Shown here: piece by piece, positions 26,859 through 39,134 of the stretch
Layout of the letters: every line of letters starts with the position of its first letter
Position numbering within the stretch: the stretch's first letter is position 1
Assembly: GCF_004010195.1 (NCBI RefSeq)
Contig: NC_057751.1
Span: 15,669,677 to 15,733,676, forward strand
Reading direction: 5' to 3'
Origin: Chiloscyllium plagiosum
Taxonomy: Eukaryota
DNA length: 64,000 nt
Notes under the pieces: model-generated
What the model was told of the DNA's origin: nothing
What the model saw: only the letters and a program-made list of their open reading frames with translations
Database searches by the model: none
Translations under genes and position numbers: made by a program

Positions 26859-28293
26859 CCTGCTTGAACTCCTCCAGCATCGTGTCCAGCCGGGTGTCGT
26901 AGAACACAAAGTGCAGCGGGTGGCTGTAGAACTTGGTGATCGTTTTGAGGGGGACGCAGTCGTCTGGGTCGACGAAGGCCAGATCCTTGACGTACAGGAT
27001 GTCGACGATGTTAGACTTCTCCTGCTCGTAGACGGGGATGCGGGTGTAGCCCGTCTCCATGATCTCGGACATGGTGCTGAAGTCAAGGATGGCGTCGCTG
27101 GACACCATGAAGCAGTCGTGGATGGGCGTCATGACGTCCTCGACGGTCTTGCTGCGGAGCTCCAGGGCACCCTGGATCATGTTGAGCTCGTCGGCCTCCA
27201 GGCCGTTGTAGGGGCCCGTCACCTTGAGCATCTCCAGGATCTTCTCGCGGCTGTAGACCTTGCCGATCTCCTGGCCCAGCACGCAGTCCAGCACCTTGCT
27301 GATGGGGAAGGCCAGCGGGAAGGTCAGCACCATGAAGAACTTGGTCAGCAGCACCGTGCGGGCGCCCACCGCCAGCCCGTGCCGGGAGCACAGCGCCTGG
27401 GGCACGATCTCACCCAGGATGACGATGCCCACCGTGGAAGCCACCACGGTGACCCAGCCGGTGCCCAGGAGCCCGTCCAGCAGCACGGTCAGGGTGGTGT
27501 TCACCAGGACGTTGCCCAGCAGCAGGGAGCACAGCAGGTAGTTGCCCTGGCGGCGGACGGGCTCGATGCTGCGGGCGTACCTCCTCTCGCTCTCGGTGCC
27601 GCAGTTCTGCACGATCCGCAGCTCCATGGGGTCCAGGGCCATCAGGCCCAGGTTGAGGCCCGAGAACATGCCGGAGAGCACCAGCAGCAGCGCCGTCAGG
27701 ATCACCTGCAGCCAGAAGGGCAGCAGCGGCGGCGCCTCCTCCTGCACCCGCAGGCGGCTGTCGGGCTCCGGGTGCAGCAGCCAGGCCGAGCTGGCCTCGC
27801 CGCCGGGCGGGCGGCTGCACAGGCCGAAGAGCCGGGCCTTCTCCTGCTTGCGGAGCGGCTGCACCCGCACGGTGAGCAGGCCCGAGGTCTCCCGCCGCTC
27901 CTCCACGCCGGGCTTCACCTCCAGGTCGCGGCTGCGGGACGGGCACGCCCGCCTCGCGCTGCCGTTGGCCGAGCCCTCCTCGGGGCCCAGCTCGGCGAAG
28001 CCCACCCGCCTCCAGGCGCCCGCGTCGATGCCCCGGCCGAAGATCCGCAGCTTGACCGTCTGGCCCTCCAGCACCCGCAGCGCCTCGCCGGCCTGGCCGC
28101 CGCCCACCGCCGCCTCCTCCTCCTCCAGGATCGGCCTCTCCACCGCCACCAGCCGCAGCCCGTAAATGCCCGTCTCCAGCCCGGTCTCGTTCGACGCCCC
28201 GGCCCCGGCCCCGCCGCAGGCGTGCAGCAGCGTCGCCAGGGCCAGGGCCAGCGCCGCCAGGCTCCAGCCGCAGCGCCACCGCCGCCCCGCCAT
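26859..28293 (-). CDS. CNNM4: CNNM4 exon 1: signal peptide, extracellular domain, DUF21 transmembrane domain, most of the CBS pair
   Basis: ATG at 28293 in strong Kozak context (GTCAAG-ATG-G). Encodes [51 protein letters not shown], ending LEEFKQG|GTGAGT. 1435 nt, phase 1. Confidence 0.96.
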
Positions 28294-28930
28294 CTTGACT
28301 GACACTGTCCCTGGCTCAGCCCCCCCGCCTCCAGGAACCCTCACCTCGAGACCCCGACGGTGCCGCCCCCACGGCCAATCCCCGGACTCCTCCCGCCCTA
28401 TCCCCCGCTCTGGTTGGCCACTACGCGCGTCGGTCAGGGCGCCCGCGCTCCTATTGGTCGCGTGTCGCGCCCGGTTTCCTTCCCATTGGTTAACCTCCGC
28501 TTAACAGCCACGCCCCGCCGGTCGTCCTTTACGGCCAATCGTGAATCGTCTCCCGCCCTCGCCCCTCTGGCATTGGTCTGCATCCGCGTTATTTCCTGCC
28601 GTCAAACGCCTATTGGTTAATGTTTACACAGCCACCGCATTCCTATTGGTGGTCCTCCCACACGCAGCTCCGCCCTTCTGCGACACCTCCTCGGGGCCTC
28701 CACCAATCGAACCGTCGTCGTTCCCCATCCCCTCTCCCATTGGCCCTCCTGCACGTTGTTGGGCGGCCCTCCACGACCATCTCCTTTCCCATTGGCTATT
28801 TCGGCGGACCCACCCAGCCACACCTCCTCTGCTCCATAGGCTGGCCTGACGCCAATCATTTTGTCCCCGGTGCCATTGGTCGGCTGCTCTTGTCGCGTCC
28901 CCAGCCCCGGAACCTATTGGCTCGAATGGT
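26860..28930. promoter_or_regulatory. CpG island covering the CNNM4 promoter and all of exon 1
   Basis: Abrupt, very high G+C and CpG density against the CpG-depleted flanks. Confidence 0.9.
28340..28925 (-). promoter_or_regulatory. CNNM4 proximal promoter with 13 CCAAT boxes and GC boxes
   Basis: CCAAT/ATTGG at 28375, 28453, 28485, 28535, 28572, 28612, 28645, 28703, 28739, 28791, 28852, 28875 and 28916, with several CCGCCC motifs. Lies directly 5' of the ATG. Confidence 0.8.
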
Positions 28931-29026
28931 ATCAATCAAATCCTGGAGGGACAAAGTCCCACTGCTGGAAAAACCCAGTTAAAAATCACCAACACCAGGT
29001 TATCGTCCAACAGGTTTATTTGGAAG

Positions 29027-29061
29027 CACAAGCTTTCGGAGCGCTGCTCCTTCATCAGGTG
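29027..29061 (-). ncRNA. Minimal hammerhead ribozyme motif in PLE family C
   Basis: CAC-CUGAUGA-A-[GGAGC-AGC-GCUCC]-GAAA-GC-UU-GUG. Confidence 0.65.
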
Positions 29062-29088
29062 GTTGTGGAGAATAAGATCATAAGACAC

Positions 29089-29401
29089 CGTGGCACAGTG
29101 GTTAGCACTGCTGCCTCACAGCGCCAGAGACCCGGGTTCAATTCCCGCCTCAGGCAACTCTCTGTGTGGAGTTTGCACGTTCTCCCCGTGTCTGCGTGGG
29201 TTTCCTCTGGGTGCTCCGGTTTCCTCCCACAGTCCAAAAATGTGCAGGTTAGGTGAATTGGCCGAGCTAAATTGCCCGTAGTGTTAAGTGTAAGGGGTAA
29301 TCTAGATTAGATTACTTACAGTGTGGAAACAGGCCCTTCGGCCCAACAAGTCCACACTGACCCGCCGAAGCACAACCCACCCACTGTAAGTAATCTAATC
29401 T
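29089..29401 (+). mobile_element. Young V-SINE with an inverted 3' segment, nested in the PLE
   Basis: Near-consensus A/B boxes. AGACAC direct repeat at 29083-29088 and 29402-29407. Tail segment present in reverse orientation. Confidence 0.88.
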
Positions 29402-30389
29402 AGACACAGAATTTATCGCAAAAGTTCCCAGTGTGATGTAACTGAAATTATATCTTGAAAATGGCCTGGATTGTTTGTTGAGTCTCTCATCTTTGAGAGT
29501 GAACATGTCGGTTTCAGTTCTTTCACGTGTAAATCGCAGAACTTTTTTTTTAAAAAGTACATTCTCAAGTGAACCTTTAACGCTTGGTGTCATGTCGGCC
29601 CAGATAATGCATTGAAGGTGTGAGCTTCCCTGTGCGAGTCTGTCTGTCTCACTGTGTCACAGTGGTCAGACTGATTCTAATCTAAAAAAATTGATTTACA
29701 GAATCTCGTGCAGTTTCTTGAGCAAAGTAAAATGTAGTTCTTCAAGCACAAATTCACCCCACAAACGTATATGTGTATGTGTGCATGTGAGTATGTGTGG
29801 AAAGTGGTTATGAGTGTCTGTGAGAGAGTGTGTGTGAGCGTGGGAGTGAATGCATGAGCATATGGGTCTGTGAGAGAAAGAGAAGAGAGTGTGTGTGTGT
29901 GTAGGAATGTGTGTGCCTATGTCTGTCTGTGTGTGTGCGTCTGTCTGTGTGTACAGTACAATGGGGTCACCTGTCATGTGACATGACCCCAAGGCCCTGG
30001 TTGAGGACATTCCCATGGGTACCAAATCATGAAAAAGCTCACCAAGTGTGATGGTACAGTTTCTTCTTCTTAGAGTTCAAAACCATAGACAGAAGTAGAA
30101 AGGGACAATCTCAGAAGGCCCTCCCCAAATGGGTGAGTCTCTACCCTGTTTTTTATTATTTCATGGGATGTGGGGCAACGTTTGTTGTTCATTCCTAATT
30201 GGTCTTTCTCAGTCTGGGTCTCTTAGACAGTTGAGAGTCAACCAACTTGGTGTGGGTCTGGAGACATGTAGATTAGCCCAACAAAGTACAGCAGATTTCT
30301 TTCGCATGAAACCTCAGGTGGGTTTTTACAGTAGACAATTATTCCATGGGCACAGTGAAACTACCATTCAATTCCAGCTTTTATTAATT

Positions 30390-32785
30390 TAAGGGTGGAG
30401 ATGGAGAGGAATTTGTTAAGTGTGTACAGGAAAATTTTCTGATTCAAAATGTGGATGTATACTGAAGAAGGTGCAAAACTTGACCTACGCTTAGGAAATA
30501 AGGCAGGGCAGGTGACTGAGGTGTCAGTGAAGGAGCATTTTGGGGCCAGTGACCATCATTCTAATGGTTTTAAAGTAGTGATGGAAAAGGACAGACCAGA
30601 TCTAGATGTTGAAGTTCTAAATTGGAGGGAGGCAAATTTTGACAGTATTAGGCAAGAACTTTCAAAGCTGATTGGGGGCAGATGTTCGCAGGTAAAGGGC
30701 GGCTGGAAAATGGGAAGCCTTCAAAAATGACATGTTGAGAGTCCAGAGACAGTATGTTCCTGTTAAGGTGAGAGGAAAGGCTGGTAGATGTAGGGAATGA
30801 TGGATGACTAAACAAATTGAGGGTTTGGTTAAGAAAAAGAAGAAAGCATATGTCAGGTATAGACAAGACAAATCGAATGAATCCTTAGAAGAGTATAAAG
30901 GCAGTAAGAGCATACTTAAGAGGGAAATCAGGAGGGTAAAAAGGGGATATGAGATAGCTTTGGCAAATAGAATGAAAGAGAATCCAGAGGGTTTTTATAA
31001 ATACATTAAGGACAAAACAGTAACTAGGGAGAGAATAGGACCCCTCAAAGATCAGCAAGGCGGCCTTTGTGTGGAGCCGCAAAAGATGGGGGAGATACTA
31101 AACAAGTATTGTGCATCAGTATTTACTGTGGAAAAGGACGTGGAAGATATAGAATGTCGGGAAATAGATGGTGACATCTTGAAAAATGTTCATATTACAG
31201 AGGAGGAAGTGCTGGATGTCTTGAAACACATAAAAGTGGATAAATCCCCAAGATCTCATCAGGTGTACCCTAGAACTCTGTGGGATGCTCAGGAGGTGAT
31301 TGCTGCATCACTTGATGAGATATTTGTACTGTTGCTAGTCACAGGTGAGGTGCCATAAGACTTGAGGTTAGTTAACATGATGCCACTGTTTAAGAAGGGT
31401 GGTAAGGACAAGCCAGGGAATTATAGACCAGTGAGCCTGATGTCGGTGGTGGGCAAGTTGTTGGAGGGAATACTGAGGGACAGGATGTACATGTATTTGG
31501 AAAGACAAGGACTGATTAGGGATAGTCAACATGGCTTTGTGCATGGGAAGTCATGTATCACAAACTTGATTGAGTTTTTTTGAAGAAGTAACAAATAGGA
31601 TTGATGAGGGCAGAGTGGTAGATGTGATCTATATGGGCTTCAGTAAGGCATTCGACAAGGTTCCCCAAGGGAGACTGATTAGCAAGGTTGGATCTCATGA
31701 AATACAGGGAGAACTAACCATCTGGATACAGAACTGGCTCAAAGGTAGAAGACAGAGGGCGGTGATGGAGGGTTGTTTTTCAGACTGGAGGCCTGCAACC
31801 AGTGGAGTGCCACAAGGATCAGTGTTGGGTCCACTACTTTTTGTCATTTATATAAACGATTTGGATGTGAACAGAAGAGGTACAGTTTATAAGTTTGCAG
31901 ATGACACCAAAATTGGAGGTGTAGTGGACAGCGAAGGTTATCTTAGATTACAATGGGATTTTGATCAGATGAGCCAATGGGCTGAGACGTGGCAGATGGA
32001 GTTTAGATAGATGTGAGGTGCTGCATTTTGGGAAAGCAAGTCTTAGCAGGACTTACACACTTAATGCTAAGGTCCTAGGGAGTGTTGCTGAACAAAGAGA
32101 CCTTGGAGTGCAGGTTCATAGCTCCATGAAAGTGGAGTCGCAGGTTGATAGGATAGTGAAGAAGGCATTTGGTATGCTTTTCTTTGCCAGTCAGAGTGTT
32201 GAGTACAGGAGATGGGAGGTCATGTTGTGGCTGTACAGGACATTGGCTAGGCTGTTGGAATATTGCGTGCAATTCTGGTCTCCTTCCTATCGGAAGGATG
32301 ATGTGAAACTTGAAAGGATTCAGAAAAGATTTACAAGGATGTTGCCAGGGTTGGAGGATTTGAGCTCTTGGGAGAGCCTGGGGCTGTTTTCCCTGAAATG
32401 TAGGAGGCTCTATATACCTTATAGAGGTTTATAAAATCATGAGGAGCATGGATAGGATAAATAGACAAAGTCTCTTCCCTGGGGCCGGGGAGTCCAGAAC
32501 TAAAGGGCATAGGTTTAAGGTGAGAGGGGAAAGATATAAAAGAGACCTAAGGGGCAACTTTTTTACACAGAGGGTGGCACATGTATGGAATGAGCTGCCA
32601 GAGGAAGTGGTGGAGGCTGGTACAATTGCAACATTTAAAAGGTATCTGGATGGGTATATGAATAGGAAGGGTTTGGAGGGATATGGGCTGGATGCTAGCA
32701 GGGGGGACTAGATTCGGCATGGAGGGGTTGGATCGAAGGGTCTGTTTCCGTGCTGTACATCTCCATGGCTCTATGACTCTATAAC
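30390..32785 (+). mobile_element. CR1 LINE, 5'-truncated ORF2 (end of APE, RT) and 3' UTR, with stops and frameshifts
   Basis: NYRPVSL, QHGF..GKSC.TNL, FSKAFDKVP, GVPQGSVLGPLLF..YIND, KFADDTK. Tail CTCTATGACTCTAT. Confidence 0.95.
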
Positions 32786-33476
32786 TGTCAGACTGGGACT
32801 CAGGATTAGAGTCCAGGGATACAGCCACAACTTCAATGTCACACCATGCAGCTAAATATCTTCCTCCATTTAGAAAAATGCACGGCCAATACTGGTGACT
32901 GCCTCAGATGTGACTTGTCATTGGCGAGCTGTGACCTAATTCTGCTTTGCCGATAAACCAGTCATTCCCACCCTGGCATGCAAATTAAAGGTGTGCTGCA
33001 GAGGCGTGTCAATACTGAGGGAAAAAGAATGATGAATTCCACCTCAACAAATTTGAGGAACTGGTTTGGTTGGTTTTATAGCTCTCCACTTACATTTAGA
33101 GTCAAAGAGTCTAAATGTAAACATGCATGGAAACAGAGCCTTCAATCCAACTAGACCACACTAACCATGTTCCCAAACTAAACCAGTCCCACTTGCCTGT
33201 GTTGGATCCATATGCCTCCAAACCTTTCCTAATCATGTCTTTTAAATATTCTAACTGTACCTTCATCCATTATGTCTTTGGCAGTTCATTCCACATACGT
33301 TCCACTCTCTGTGTCAGAAAGTTGCCCCTTATGTCCTTTTTAAGAATTTCTCCTCTCACCTGAAAAAAACATGGCTCCTCCACCTTAGGAAAAAGACCCT
33401 TGCTATTCACCTGATCTAATTCCCTTGTGACTTTATAAACCGCTGAAAGGTCTCCCCCTCAACCTCCTGTGCTGCA

Positions 33477-33570
33477 GTGGTTCTGTTCGCCGAGCTGGAA
33501 GTTTTTGTTGCAAACGTTTCGTCCCCTGTCTCGGTGGCATCCTCAGTGCTTGGGAGCCTCCTGTGAAGCG
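33477..33570 (-). mobile_element. 94-bp solo PLE family A terminal repeat with hammerhead core
   Basis: Matches 1384-1480. Flanked by CTCCTGTGCTGCA at 33464-33476 and 33571-33583. Core on the minus strand: GCA-CUGAGGA...GAAA-CG-UU-UGC. Confidence 0.8.
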
Positions 33571-34175
33571 CTCCTGTGCTGCACTGAAAAAATTCGCATT
33601 CTAGTTTTGAACTCCTGCACCCTGGAGAAAAGACCCTCGCTATTTCCCTCGCGATTTTATAAACCTTTGTAAGGTGACCCCTCAACCTCCTATGCTCCAG
33701 TGAAAAAAGTCGCAGCCTATCCCAGCCTATTTTTATAACTCACACCCTCCATTTCCACCAACATCCTGGAAATCTGTTCTGGACCCTCTCCAATGTAGCA
33801 GGGTGACCAGAACTGCACACAGTACTCCAGAAGAGGCCTCACCAACATCCTATATGTGATGTCCTAATTCCTACACTGAGCAATGAAGGCAAGGGTGCTA
33901 AATGCCTTCTTAATCACCTTGTCTACCTGTGGCACAGATTTCGAAGAACTGTGCACCTGTACCCATTACCCAAAGCCCTACCATTAATTGTAAGTCCTAC
34001 CCTTGTTTGTTTTACCAAAATGCAATACCTCACATTTATTCAAATTAAACTCCATCTGTTACTCCTCAGCATATTGACCCAATTGATCAAGATTTCTTTC
34101 TAATCTTATCTAACCTTCTTCACTCTAACACCAATTTTTAGTGTCATCTGCAAACTTACCAACCGTGCTTCCTAT

Positions 34176-34401
34176 GCAAGTGAATTCTCCTACACCACAT
34201 GTTTCTACAACACGAATTGGCCTCAGCCACTCCAATTGGCCGAATTTAGACCAATACTTGTAGAACACAAACTTTCCTTACCTGTATTGGCTGGAACTGG
34301 ATTCTGGCCCCATTTGTTTAAACGGTGCTGGCATTGCGCACTTTTCTTCTAAAGCAAGATCGCACGGGAACTGAACTATGGTTTTACAAAGGAATCTACC
34401 G
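34176..34401. mobile_element. Unclassified insertion of about 225 bp in the CR1, possibly a degenerate Tc1/mariner-type MITE
   Basis: Splits the CR1 sequence CCTAT|ATTCTCATCC at a TA-like site. Only weak terminal inverted similarity. Confidence 0.35.
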
Positions 34402-34944
34402 ATATTCTCATCCAAATCCTTCAGATAAATGACAAGCAAGGGTGGACCCAGTACCGATCCCTGTGGAACCCCACTGGTCACAGGCCTTCCGTCCGAGAAA
34501 CAACCCTCCACCAGCACCCTCTGTCTTCTACCATCAAGCCAATTTTGTATCCAGTTGGCAAGTTATCCATGAATCCCAGGTGATCTAACTTTACAAATTA
34601 GTCTGGCCCTGCCAAACTTTGTCAAAGGCTTTATTAAAGTCCATGCAAACAACGTCTACTGCTCGACGCTCATCAATCGTTTTCGTTACTTCCTCAAAGA
34701 ATACAATGAAGTTTGTGAGACATGATTTCCCTCGCACAAAACCATGCTGACTATCCCTAATCAGTCCTTGCCTCTCCAAATGCACGTAAATCCTATCTTT
34801 CAGAATCACCTCCAACAAATTACCCACCACCGATATCAGACGCATAGGTGTAGAGTTCCCACACTTCTCCCCACAGCATTTCTTAAATAAAGGTATGACA
34901 TTAGCCACCCTCCAGTCATCTGCCAACTCACCTGTGTTATAGAT

Positions 34945-35290
34945 CTTAGAATCTCTACAGTGTGGAAACAGGCCATTAGGCTCAACAAGTCCACACCAAC
35001 CCTCTGAGGAGTAACCCGTTCCCCAACCCTGTTACTCTACATTACCCCTGACTAATGCACCTAACCTACACATTCCGAGACACTAAGGGCAATTTAGCAT
35101 GGCCAATTCACCTAACCTGCATAACTTTGGACTGTGGGAAGAAACCAGAGCACACAGAGGAAAGCCATGCAGACTCGAGGAGAATGTACAAACACCTCAC
35201 AGAAAATCGCCCGAGGCTGGAATCGAACCTGGGTCCCTGGCGCTGCGAGGCAGCAGTGCTAACTGCAGGGCCACTGGGTAGCCCCCACCA
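34945..35290 (-). mobile_element. V-SINE (HE1-like) nested in CR1
   Basis: Full reverse-complement SINE including head and tail. Confidence 0.88.
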
Positions 35291-37284
35291 CAAGTATTTC
35301 TGCTAGGGGCCCTGCAATTACTTCCCCAACTTCCCACAACATCGTGGAACAGACTTGATCAGGTCCCGGAGATTTATCCATCTTTGTGTTTTCTAAGACC
35401 TCTAGCACTTCCACTTCTGTAATGTGACTGTTTTCAAAGCATCATTATTATTTCCCCCGGGTTTCTTTCTCTACACTAAAAACTGTTGTAAAACATTCAT
35501 TTAATATCTCTCCCATCACCTGTGGTTCCACATATATTGATCTTTAAGGGGCCCTCATCCCTCTCTGGTTGCTCTTCTGTTTTTAATGTAGTTGTTGATT
35601 CTCTTTGGATTTTCCTGAACCATATCTGCCAAAGCTATCCCCTATCGCCTCTTTGCCCTCCTGATTTCCCTGTTAAGAATACCTCTCTACTCTTTACACT
35701 CTTCAAGGGATTAATTTGATCCCCATTGTCTATATCTAATAAATGATTCTTTCTTATTCTTGACTACAACTGGAACCATTGTTCTCTACTCTCGCCAGCC
35801 TTACCCTTCACTCTATCGGAAACATAATGCCTCTGAATTGTCGTTATCACACTTTTGAAAGCCTCCCGCTTGTCACTCATCCCTTTCCCTGCTAACAGTC
35901 CACTTCAAGTTCTTGTCTCATACCATTAAAAATTTGCCTCACTCCAATTAAGCACTTTCACTTTAATGGAAGGCTTATCCTTTTCCATAACTATTTTAAA
36001 ATGAATAGAATTATGATCACTCATCCCAAAGTATTCGCCTACCAACACTTCAATCACTTGCCCTGCTTTATTTCCCAAGAGAAAGTCAAGTTTTGTTCCT
36101 TCTCTAGTAGGTACATTGACATATTGATAAACACCATTTTCTTGAACGCATTGAATAAACTCCTCACTCGCCAAACGTTTAACAATGTGGTAGTCCCAGC
36201 CAATGTTTGGAAAATTAAAATCCCCAAATAATTCAACCTTACTACTCTTAGATATATCTGAGATTTCTCTACATGTTCGCTCTTCAATTTCTCCCCGAAT
36301 ATTGGGGAGCCAACAGTGCAATCCCATCAAGATGGTCACCCCTTTCTTCCGTCTAACTTCTACCCACATCGATTCACTAGACAATCCCTCTGAAAAATCC
36401 TTTCTGATTCAAGTAATAATGTTTTCCCTTAATCAAAAAAAACTCTCATCTCTTGCCTCCATTTCTATCCTTCCTATCGCATCTAAAACCTTATTGAGCT
36501 GCCAGTCCTGTCCTTCCCACAGCCAAGTCTCTGCAGGAACTATAATGTCCCAGTCCCATGTTCCCATACATGTTTGACTTCATCAGCCTCCCCTGAAAGA
36601 CCCCTTGCAATGAAATAAATGCAGTTTAATTCTTCAGCGTTACCTCATTCTCTGGCCCTCTTGTCTGCCTTTTCTAATTAACTTGCTCTCTTCTGATTCG
36701 GAACCATCCTCAACTGTCTTTCAACTTTTACTCCTACTTCGGAACCCCTCCATCTCCCCCTCTCGACCAGTTTAAAAGCTCCCGAAATAGAAATAGGAAA
36801 TCTCCCCGCTGGGATCTTGGTCCCTTTCCAGATCAGGTGGAATCCATCCCTTTTGAACAGGTCGGTCTTTTCTGCCCTCGAAGGTATCCCAATGATCTAA
36901 CAATCTGAATCCTCACACACTGCACCATCTCTTCAGCCACTCATTTATCAGTCCTGTCTTTTTTTTTCCCTGCTCTCAAAGAATGGGACACTGGGAGTAA
37001 ACCAGAGATTTACTATCTTTGAGGTTCTGCATTTTAACCTTCTACATGTGAAAATAGAAATAGAACTGCCCTCCTGAATGATGAGGTCGCACATCTTTGA
37101 GAAAAAACATGCATTCCCAACCATTCCTGCCACAGGGTCCCGGGACAGTCCAAGGGGCTTCAATAATTAATGATATTCTTTCTGAATTGTACTAATTTGC
37201 GTGTAATAAACCCCCATTAGCAGCGAGGTAAGTGATCGACTAATCTACGATACTTACCCAAAGTTTTTAGGCAAAGTTTCAAAT

Positions 37285-37880
37285 GCATTGAGTACAGGAG
37301 TTGGGAGGTCATGTTGCTGCTGTACAGGACATTGGTTCGGCCATGTTTGGAATACTGCGTGTAATTCTGGTCTCCTTCCTGTTGGAAAGATGTTGTAAAA
37401 CTTGAAAGGGTTCAGAAAAGATTTACAAGGATGTTGCCAAGGTTGAAGGGTTAGAGCTATAGGGAGAGGCTGAACAGGCTGGGACTGTTTTCCTTGGAGC
37501 ATCAGAGGCTGAGGGGGAGCCTTCTCAAGGTTTATGACATCATCAGGGGCATGAATAGGGTAAATAAACAAGGTCTTTTCCCTGGCGCGGATAGTCCAGA
37601 ATTAGAGGATCTAGATTTTGAGTGAGAGGGGAAAACATTTAAAAGACATCTAAGGGGCAAACCTTTCATGCAGACAGTGGTGCGTGTATGGACTGAGTTA
37701 CCAGAGGAAGTGGTGGAGGCTGGTACAATTATAACATTGAAAAGGCATCTGGATGGGGACATAAATAGGAAGGGTTTAGAGGGATATGAGCCAAATGGGA
37801 CTCGATTAATTTAGGATATCCAGTCGGCATGGACGAGTTCCACGGTAGGGTCTGTTTCCATGCTGTACAGCTGTATCTCC
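37285..37880 (+). mobile_element. CR1 LINE 3' fragment
   Basis: High similarity to 32200-32770. Confidence 0.88.
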
Positions 37881-38756
37881 TTTGAAACTTCACATTCCCC
37901 AGCCATGTGCCTGCCTGCTCTAAGCAAATTTATATGAAAATGAAAAGCACAAGATCAAGATTCCAACACAGCAAAGACTGTCTGTTAAGTGTCTGGAATC
38001 TAGTTAAAACAATCTACGGAATTCACAGGAACATTCCCAAACAGAATTTGATGCTGAGCCACATACCCAAAACCTGGCCCTGTTTCTCATCTACCTGATA
38101 CCATTAGTTGAAAGCGCATGTTGGTTCTTACTGCACACCTCTCTCGACCCACATTCACTGTACCTATATTGTCAGACTGCCTATGGTACTGGATAAGCTG
38201 AAATTTCTCCTGAATAATCATTGCAATGACCAAAGTCGATTGATTTCCAATCCCACCACAAACTCCCTTTCATAGCGACTAACTTTGTACCTCTCCATTG
38301 CAACATTGTGACATGGAACTCAATTGTTTTCAAACGTGTTGCCATAATTGATCCCTAGATTTGTTTCCAATGTTGCCATTCGCGAGACCAACTACTTTCA
38401 CTTCCTTAAGATGCCAAAAGGCTGAGGCAGAAAGAGGCGAGCCAGTTAACAGAGGTGGAAAATCGATGGTCTTCCCACTACTTAGTTTTGGATTGTTGCC
38501 AGGCAACAATCTGGATGTAGTGAAGAAGTCAAGAGATGTGGTGGTGATACAAACTGTGTGCTGTTTGAGGGCATATAGATCGTGGCTTTTTTTTGGTATT
38601 GGGCAGCTTGTAGGTGAAGATGGAGGCCAAAGATCAATATTTACAGAACTCCTGAGCAAACCACGCGGGGCTGGGAAATGAAGCCAATAGCAGGAAATTC
38701 CATAGTGACTGTTGCTTGAGTAAGGATGGACTTCGGCAACTTCACTCCTATCCAGA

Positions 38757-39090
38757 GGGGCTCAGTGGTTAGCAATGCTGTCTCACAATGCCAGGTGCCT
38801 GGGTTTGATTCCACTCTTGGGCAATTTTCTGTGTGGAGTTTGTATGTTTTTCCTGTCTTTCTTCCAGATGCTCAGTTTCCTCTCACAGTCCAAAGATATG
38901 CAGGTTAGGTGGATTGGCGATGCTAAATTGCCTATAGTGTCCAAGGATGTGCAGGCCAGGTGGGTTAGTCATGGGAAATGCAGGGTGACGGGGATAGGGT
39001 CGGGGGGTGGGTTGGGTGGGATAGTCTTCAGAGGGTCGTTATGGACTCGACAAACTGAATGAACTGCTTCCACACTGTTGGGATTCTATG
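38757..39090 (+). mobile_element. V-SINE (HE1-like)
   Basis: A/B boxes, V domain and tail. Confidence 0.85.
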
Positions 39091-39134
39091 TGAAAGGTCG
39101 CGGGATTGTTGCCAGCATTCTCCACTCCATTTGT

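Larger units (their letters stand above)
28981..30025 (-). mobile_element. Penelope-like element 3' end, family C (last codons and about 700-nt 3' UTR with CA-rich tract), interrupted by a SINE
   Basis: Minus strand 30024-29968 reads GTHGNVLNQGLGVMSHDR*, like the GLNRD.GFMSHY ends of PLE endonucleases. The terminal part matches 41210-41330 and carries a hammerhead core. Confidence 0.7.
33100..36950 (-). mobile_element. Degraded CR1 LINE sequence spanning most of ORF2 (APE to 3' UTR), probably two abutting copies, with nested insertions
   Basis: APE motif GDFNFPNI...SDHNSI and RT motifs QHGFVRGKSCLTN and GVPQGSVLGP. Interrupted at 33477-33570, 34176-34401 and 34945-35290. Confidence 0.9.

Noticed and set aside
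26848..28302. 484-aa plus-strand ORF and other overlapping ORFs in CNNM4 exon 1
   Set aside because: Shadow ORFs caused by the extreme GC3 bias of the real exon. Low-complexity products with no recognisable domain.
28294..28344. N-terminal extension of CNNM4 in the ORF track (MRVPGGGG...)
   Set aside because: Starts at a GTG. The ATG at 28293 has strong Kozak context and is directly followed by a signal peptide.
29089..29160. tRNA gene-like A/B boxes in SINE heads
   Set aside because: They continue into the V-SINE body and occur in many diverged copies. They are not tRNA genes.
30449..32711. CR1 ORFs as functional or domesticated genes
   Set aside because: Multiple stops and frameshifts, and 5' truncation.
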